Assembly (NCBI GenBank): GCA_052386995.1
Contig: JBQTJP010000011.1
Coordinates: 1-31,044 of the forward strand
Direction of reading: 5' to 3'
DNA from: Armatimonadota bacterium
GTDB taxonomy: Bacteria > Sysuimicrobiota > Sysuimicrobiia > Sysuimicrobiales > Humicultoraceae
DNA length: 31,044 nucleotides
The translations under genes and the position numbers were made by a program. Positions 26,172 to 31,044 of the stretch are shown here, one piece after another (the stretch's first letter is position 1; each line of letters opens with the position of its first letter). The notes beneath the pieces are model-generated. The model had not been told where the DNA came from. It searched no databases and saw nothing but the letters and a program-made list of their open reading frames with translations.

Positions 26172-27338
26172 TCACTCCCAGTCCCCGAGCAGAGTCATCG
26201 CCGCGCCGACGCCCGCGCCGAGATCTGTCTTCATCTCCAGATCTGCCAGGCCGCGCGCCAGAATCGCGAGCAGCGCTGCAAGGTGCGTCGGGTGCGCCGA
26301 AACGCCCATGTGCCCGAGGCGAAATGTCTTCCCCGCCAGCTCTTTGTAGCCGCCCGAGATCTTCACGCCGTACCGTTCCCGCATCCACGCAACGAGGTCC
26401 GCGGCCTGAATGCCCTCGGGCGTCCGCACGACCGTCACGGCGCTGCTGGCAATCTCGTCGCGCGCAGGCCAGCAGGTGAGGCCAAGCGCCTGGACGCCGG
26501 CCCGGCAGGCGCGCCCGATCCTCGCATGACTGGCCACGTGGCGATCCAGCCCGACCTCCAGCACCTGCGCCAGCACCGATTCCAGAGCGTAGACCAGGCT
26601 GACTGAAACGGTGTAAGGAAATGACCGGGTGCGAAGCCACGAGTCGCGCCAGTCCAGCAGGGACAGGTAGCTCTCACGCAGCGGAGCGTTTCGCCGCTCC
26701 ATTATCTCCCACGCGGCGGGGCTGACGGCCAGCAGCGCCAGCCCGGGCACACCGGCCAGGCACTTCTGGGGGCCGGAGACGGCGACATCGATCCCCCAAG
26801 CGTCTGTGCGAACGCGCTCGCCCCCCAGACCCAGCGCCGTGTCCACAATGGTCAGAACGCCGAACTCCTTCGCGATCGGACAGATGATCTCAATGGGGTT
26901 GACCGTCCCCGATGGGGTCTCGGCGTGGATCACTGACAGGAACTTGACGCCCCGGTGGCGGCGCAGGGCATTGCGCACTTCTTCGGGATCGATGGCCTCA
27001 TTGTACGGCACCGCGAGCTCGATCGTCTCGCCGCCGTACCGGTCGATGAATGTCTGAAACCATTTGCCGAAGGCACCGGAGACGAGGTTGAGCACTTTGT
27101 CTCCGGGCGCGATCAGCGAGGCAGCGACGGCCTCCATGCCGAGCACGGTCTCGCCCTGCATGATGACCGCGTCGTGCTGCGTCTGAAATACGGACTTCAG
27201 CAGATCGGTCGTGCGCCCGAAGAGATCGATGAACGCGGGGGCATAGTGATTGACGATGGGGCGAATGTGATCCCGCAGGGTACGGTTCGTGACTTCCCCC
27301 GGCCCCGAGGCCAGGGACAGATACGGCCAGTCCGGCAT
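26172..27338 (-). CDS. Class V aminotransferase, pyridoxamine-pyruvate aminotransferase-like
   Basis: SGPGEV, MQGETVLGMEAVAASL, VPYNEAIDP, HAETPSGTVNP, SGPQKCL (Schiff-base Lys), FRLGHMG. Start uncertain (27338, 27341 or 27374). Confidence 0.85.
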   Translation of the reverse strand: MPDWPYLSLASGPGEVTNRTLRDHIRPIVNHYAPAFIDLFGRTTDLLKSVFQTQHDAVIMQGETVLGMEAVAASLIAPGDKVLNLVSGAFGKWFQTFIDRYGGETIELAVPYNEAIDPEEVRNALRRHRGVKFLSVIHAETPSGTVNPIEIICPIAKEFGVLTIVDTALGLGGERVRTDAWGIDVAVSGPQKCLAGVPGLALLAVSPAAWEIMERRNAPLRESYLSLLDWRDSWLRTRSFPYTVSVSLVYALESVLAQVLEVGLDRHVASHARIGRACRAGVQALGLTCWPARDEIASSAVTVVRTPEGIQAADLVAWMRERYGVKISGGYKELAGKTFRLGHMGVSAHPTHLAALLAILARGLADLEMKTDLGAGVGAAMTLLGDWE

Positions 27339-27373
27339 CACGGGCCCCGAACTGCCGCGCTCTGTGGGAGACA

Positions 27374-28621
27374 CTAGAACAATCGGGTCTGCGCCGATTC
27401 CAGCATCTCCTCGCGGACCTCTTCCCCGTCCCGAAAGATGCTGATCTCGCCGAACACGCCGTCGTAGCCGGGCGCGATCGTCACGCGGCCTTCACGCACG
27501 CGGCGCAGCCCTTCGGCGATCCGCAGCGTCGTGTGCTTGCGGATCTCTTCAACCGGCGCGTCCAGCAGCACGTTGAACTCGCCGCCGAACGCGTTGCAGA
27601 GGTTGAGGTACTCCTCCCGCACGCCGGCGGTCCCGGGCTGGGTGCCGTTGGCCTCCGCGATGATCTCCTCGAGGGGGATCAGGTTGCGATACGGGACCGC
27701 GCCCTCCGGGACGAAACCTTCCTCCCGGTCGGCAAGCAATTCGACCCTGTGCATCACGCCGACCGTCGGGGAGCGGCCGCAGGCCGGGCACCGACCTCCT
27801 GCCGCCTTCGTCTCCTTGGGCGTCATGCGGCGGTTGCAGTTGCGGTGGCCGTCGTAGTGGTACTTCCCTTCTTCGGGGAAGAACTCGATGGTATAGAGGA
27901 AGCGCGAGGTGTCTTTTTCGCGCAGGACTCGCATGATCTCGAAGTAGTCGAGGTCGCAGGCAAACACGTTGGCTTCCCGCCCGAGTTTGGGCGGTGAATG
28001 GGCGTCGGAGTTGCTCACCAGCATCGTGCGGTCGAGCTCCGAGAGGCGCCAGTTCATCGGCGGATCGCTGGACAGACCCGTCTCCACGGCGGCGATGTGC
28101 TCGAGCTGATCCCCGAAGCAGTCGGCGATCGCGTCGAACCCCGAGTTGCTCCCGTAGAGCGAGAACCACGGCGTCCAGGCGTGCGCGGGGATCACCATGC
28201 AGTCGGGGGAGATTTCCATCACGTACTCCACCAGCCGGTCGCTGGGCAGGGTGAGCGTCGGCCGTCCGTCGGCCATCAGGTTGCCGAACCGGCCCAGCAC
28301 CGCGTTGATCTTGTCCGCGACTTCGAATGACGGCGCGAAGAGGATGTTGTGGATCTTGCGCAGACGGCCGCCGGCGGGATAGACGTTGGAGACTTCGACC
28401 GTCAGCATGAAGTGCGCGCCGTCATGGGTGAACAATCCACGGTCGGTGGGCCGCAACCGTGCGCGCAGCTCGCGCAGCCAGACGGGATGGGTGAAATCCC
28501 CGGTCCCGAGCAGCGTGATGCCTTTGATCTTAGCCCAGCGGGCCATGTGCTCGATGTCCATGTCCCGGCTGGTCGCCCGGCTGTACCGGGAGTGCAGATG
28601 CAGATCCGCTATGACGCGCAT
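27374..28621 (-). CDS. Endonuclease Q-family PHP-domain protein (TIGR00375-like)
   Basis: DLHLHSRYSRATS, GTGDFTHP, PAHAWTPWFS, ETGLSSDP, NSDAHSP, GKYHYDGHRNC...CPACG, PGYDGVFG. Confidence 0.9.
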   Translation of the reverse strand: MRVIADLHLHSRYSRATSRDMDIEHMARWAKIKGITLLGTGDFTHPVWLRELRARLRPTDRGLFTHDGAHFMLTVEVSNVYPAGGRLRKIHNILFAPSFEVADKINAVLGRFGNLMADGRPTLTLPSDRLVEYVMEISPDCMVIPAHAWTPWFSLYGSNSGFDAIADCFGDQLEHIAAVETGLSSDPPMNWRLSELDRTMLVSNSDAHSPPKLGREANVFACDLDYFEIMRVLREKDTSRFLYTIEFFPEEGKYHYDGHRNCNRRMTPKETKAAGGRCPACGRSPTVGVMHRVELLADREEGFVPEGAVPYRNLIPLEEIIAEANGTQPGTAGVREEYLNLCNAFGGEFNVLLDAPVEEIRKHTTLRIAEGLRRVREGRVTIAPGYDGVFGEISIFRDGEEVREEMLESAQTRLF

Positions 28622-28690
28622 TATCGGCTACGCGCGCAGTTACGCGCGATCGGAGTCGGTGGTCTCCGAAGGCCTTCCGGTGCGCTCGCC

Positions 28691-30001
28691 CTAGGCCGCT
28701 GGATTCGTCCCCGGAGGCTTGCGCTCCTTCGCCGGCGCGGCCGCTGCACCGTCACTCCACAGCGACAGCATCCCGGCGCCGACCGCCGCAATCACCGTCG
28801 GCGCCAGCCGCAGATCGCGCATCCCCGCGCGCACCGCGGCCGCAAGCACGGGACGGAGAAGGCGTGACTGATACTGGGTATCGCCGTGCTCCTCGACCGC
28901 ACGGCGGAGCGCCTCGTCGGTCGCCAGCGCCCCGATGACGGCGTTGGTGTGCCGGTCCGGAAGCCGGTTCAACGCCTGGCGCACGATCGTGGTGAAACGG
29001 ACTTCGCCGCCGAAGGCGGCCTGCCATCCGCGTTCGTACGCGGCCAGCGCGTCGCGCCGGCCGTCCGCGTCCCCGCCGAGATAGCGCGCCGCGGCCCGCG
29101 CGGCGAGTTCGCCCGCCAGCATCGAGAAGTAGATGCCGCCGCCGCTCGTGGCCTTCACCTGTCCCGCGGCGTCGCCGACGACGAGCATGCCGTCGGTGAA
29201 CGACGGCCGGCGCAGGCCCAGAATCGGGATGCGGCCCGCGAGCTTGCGTACCACGGTTGTCCCGCGCACCCGCGAGGCCACCGCGGGATGCGCAGACTTG
29301 AGCCGATCAAGGTAGTACAGCGGCGGCCGGTCGGTCAGGCGCGGATCAACGGCCAGACCCAGCCGTCCCCGGCGGCCGCCGATCGGCATCAACCAGGCGA
29401 AGAATCCCGGCGCGACATCGCGGCCGAAGTACAGGTCGGGCGCATCTTCGGCGTCGATCGCCGCGCCTTCGAGCTCGTACTGAAGGCCGTGCACGAGTGT
29501 CCGCCGCGGCGCGATGCCTACCTGGGGCGGCAACACGGGATTGGCGCCCTCCGCGTCGATGACGAGCGGCGCGCTGATCGACAGGCGGCCTTCCCGTCGA
29601 TCGACCTCCACGCGCATGCCGCCGTTGGCGCGTGCGATTGTACGCGCGCGCGCCCCCGTCATCACCTCGGCGCCGGCCTCACCCGCCTGATCGGCCAGGT
29701 AACGGTCGAACGGATCGCGGTCTACCACGTAGGAGTCGACCGACGACCGCCGGATCCGTGCCACGGTACCGTCCGGTGCATAGAGCGCCGCGGCGCGCAG
29801 GGCGGTCTGGATCAAGGCCGACGGGAGCGCGAAGCGCTCGAAGGCGTGCACCGACAGCTTGCCGGTACAGTGCGTCGGGCAGCCCACCTCCGGATGCTCC
29901 TCGATCAGCACCGTTCGCAGGCCGGATGACGCGGAGAGACGCGCCGCCGTCGAGCCCCCGGGGCCGGCGCCAACGACAAGAACGTCAACGTTCACAGACA
30001 C
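28691..30001 (-). CDS. Geranylgeranyl reductase-family FAD-dependent oxidoreductase
   Basis: VVGAGPGG, PTHCTG, VDRDPFD, DAEG, APGFFAWLMP, VGDAAGQVKATSGGGIY. Confidence 0.88.
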   Translation of the reverse strand: MSVNVDVLVVGAGPGGSTAARLSASSGLRTVLIEEHPEVGCPTHCTGKLSVHAFERFALPSALIQTALRAAALYAPDGTVARIRRSSVDSYVVDRDPFDRYLADQAGEAGAEVMTGARARTIARANGGMRVEVDRREGRLSISAPLVIDAEGANPVLPPQVGIAPRRTLVHGLQYELEGAAIDAEDAPDLYFGRDVAPGFFAWLMPIGGRRGRLGLAVDPRLTDRPPLYYLDRLKSAHPAVASRVRGTTVVRKLAGRIPILGLRRPSFTDGMLVVGDAAGQVKATSGGGIYFSMLAGELAARAAARYLGGDADGRRDALAAYERGWQAAFGGEVRFTTIVRQALNRLPDRHTNAVIGALATDEALRRAVEEHGDTQYQSRLLRPVLAAAVRAGMRDLRLAPTVIAAVGAGMLSLWSDGAAAAPAKERKPPGTNPAA

Positions 30002-30035
30002 CGACGCTTCCAGCCGGAGCCGCGGCTTGCTGCCC

Positions 30036-30542
30036 TCATCTGCCCGTCTGGGGCTGGGGGCGGCTCCCTCGTGGCGAGGCGCCCCGCCTGTACACCATCA
30101 CCGTGCGTTCGAACTCGATGACCACGGTGCCATCCTGTTTGTAGCCCCGCGTGCGGACGCGCACGATGCCGCAGTTCGGCCGTGAGATTGACTCCCGCGT
30201 CTCCAGCACCGCGCTCTCGGCGTAGAGTGTGTCGCCGACGAACAGCGGAGCAGGGAGCGTGACCTTGTCCCATCCCAGATTGGCAAACGCGTTCTGGCTC
30301 ACATCGCCGACCGACATTCCGGTCGCCAGCGCCAGGGTGAAGGCGCTGTTCACCAGCGGTTTGCCGAACTCGCTCTCCGCCATGTAGGCATGGTCGAGGT
30401 GCAACGGGCTGGCATTCATCGTGATCGCGCTGAACCACACGTTGTCCGCCTCGGTGATCGTGCGCCCGTTGGGATGCGCGTAGACGTCGCCGACCTGGAA
30501 ATCCTCGTAGTATCTGCCCTCCAGCATCGAGCGGCACGCCAT
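30036..30542 (-). CDS. MaoC-family (R)-specific enoyl-CoA hydratase/dehydratase
   Basis: GRYYEDFQVGD, GRTITEADNVWF, hydratase-2 motif D-x9-N-x3-LH, PLFVGDTLY; SD GAGGAG. Confidence 0.9.
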   Translation of the reverse strand: MACRSMLEGRYYEDFQVGDVYAHPNGRTITEADNVWFSAITMNASPLHLDHAYMAESEFGKPLVNSAFTLALATGMSVGDVSQNAFANLGWDKVTLPAPLFVGDTLYAESAVLETRESISRPNCGIVRVRTRGYKQDGTVVIEFERTVMVYRRGASPRGSRPQPQTGR

Positions 30543-30552
30543 GTGCGGCTCC

Positions 30553-31044
30553 TCAGTAAGACCTGGGCAGGCCCAGAACGTGCTGCGCCAGGTAGGCGAG
30601 AATCAAATTGTCGCTGACCGGCGCGACCTTGTACAGTCTCGTTTCCCGAAACTTACGTTCCACATCGAACTCTGCGGCGAAGCCGTATCCCCCGAAGGTA
30701 TCGAGGCACGCGTTGGCCGCATCCCACGCCGCGTCCGCCGCAAGATACTTCGCCATGTTGGCCTCCGGTCCGCACGGCTCACCGCTGTCAAAACGCGCGG
30801 CCGCGTGCAGGCGCATCAGGTCGGCCGCCTCGAGGTGGGCGTAGGCCCGCGCCAGTGGAAATTGAATTCCCTGGTTCGCGCCAATCGGCCGGCCGAACAC
30901 CACCCGCTCGCGCGCATAACGAGCCGCCCGATCGACAAACCAGCGGGCGTCGCCGATGCTCTCGGCGGCGATCAGGATGCGTTCCGCGTTCCATCCATCG
31001 ATGATGTAGCGAAACCCCATCCCCTCCTCGCCGACCAGGTTCTC
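30553..31044 (-). CDS. Acyl-CoA dehydrogenase, 3' part (5' end lies outside the window)
   Basis: The frame is open to the window edge (ENLVGEEGMGF); NAERI, RVVFGRPIGANQGIQF, FGGYGF, ERKFRETRL. Confidence 0.93.
   Translation of the reverse strand, partial: ENLVGEEGMGFRYIIDGWNAERILIAAESIGDARWFVDRAARYARERVVFGRPIGANQGIQFPLARAYAHLEAADLMRLHAAARFDSGEPCGPEANMAKYLAADAAWDAANACLDTFGGYGFAAEFDVERKFRETRLYKVAPVSDNLILAYLAQHVLGLPRSY

Overview
High-GC bacterial chromosomal segment of about 33 genes, mostly on the minus strand. The tmk-darA-holB arrangement suggests a Terrabacteria-type host, but taxonomy cannot be fixed from this window. Left to right: a Crp/Fnr regulator, ACT protein, Cys/Met PLP lyase and a twice-deleted EamA pseudogene; a plus-strand nfo, hydrolase, B-box, catechol-dioxygenase-like cluster; and a tightly coupled 11-gene operon (6500-16133). 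That operon encodes a NitT/TauT ABC importer, a two-subunit Fe-S hydro-lyase, an SdhABCD-like complex with non-canonical active-site residues, PrpD and an HSA32-type ComA homologue, and is the best candidate for an uncharacterised sulfonate or dicarboxylate-analogue pathway. Next are an ANT(4')-like nucleotidyltransferase and a leaderless HNH gene, which has a perfect 20-bp palindrome in its 3' tail and a palindrome-rich upstream spacer. Then come an ABC-2 exporter, holB, darA (probable ATC start), tmk, a ycf45-like AAA-R3H gene with a structured 5' leader, a PurM-family protein, a pyridoxamine-pyruvate aminotransferase-like gene, EndoQ, a geranylgeranyl reductase, MaoC and a partial acyl-CoA dehydrogenase. 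No rRNA, tRNA, CRISPR array or transposase was recognised. All family calls come from motif recognition by eye; no database search was run.
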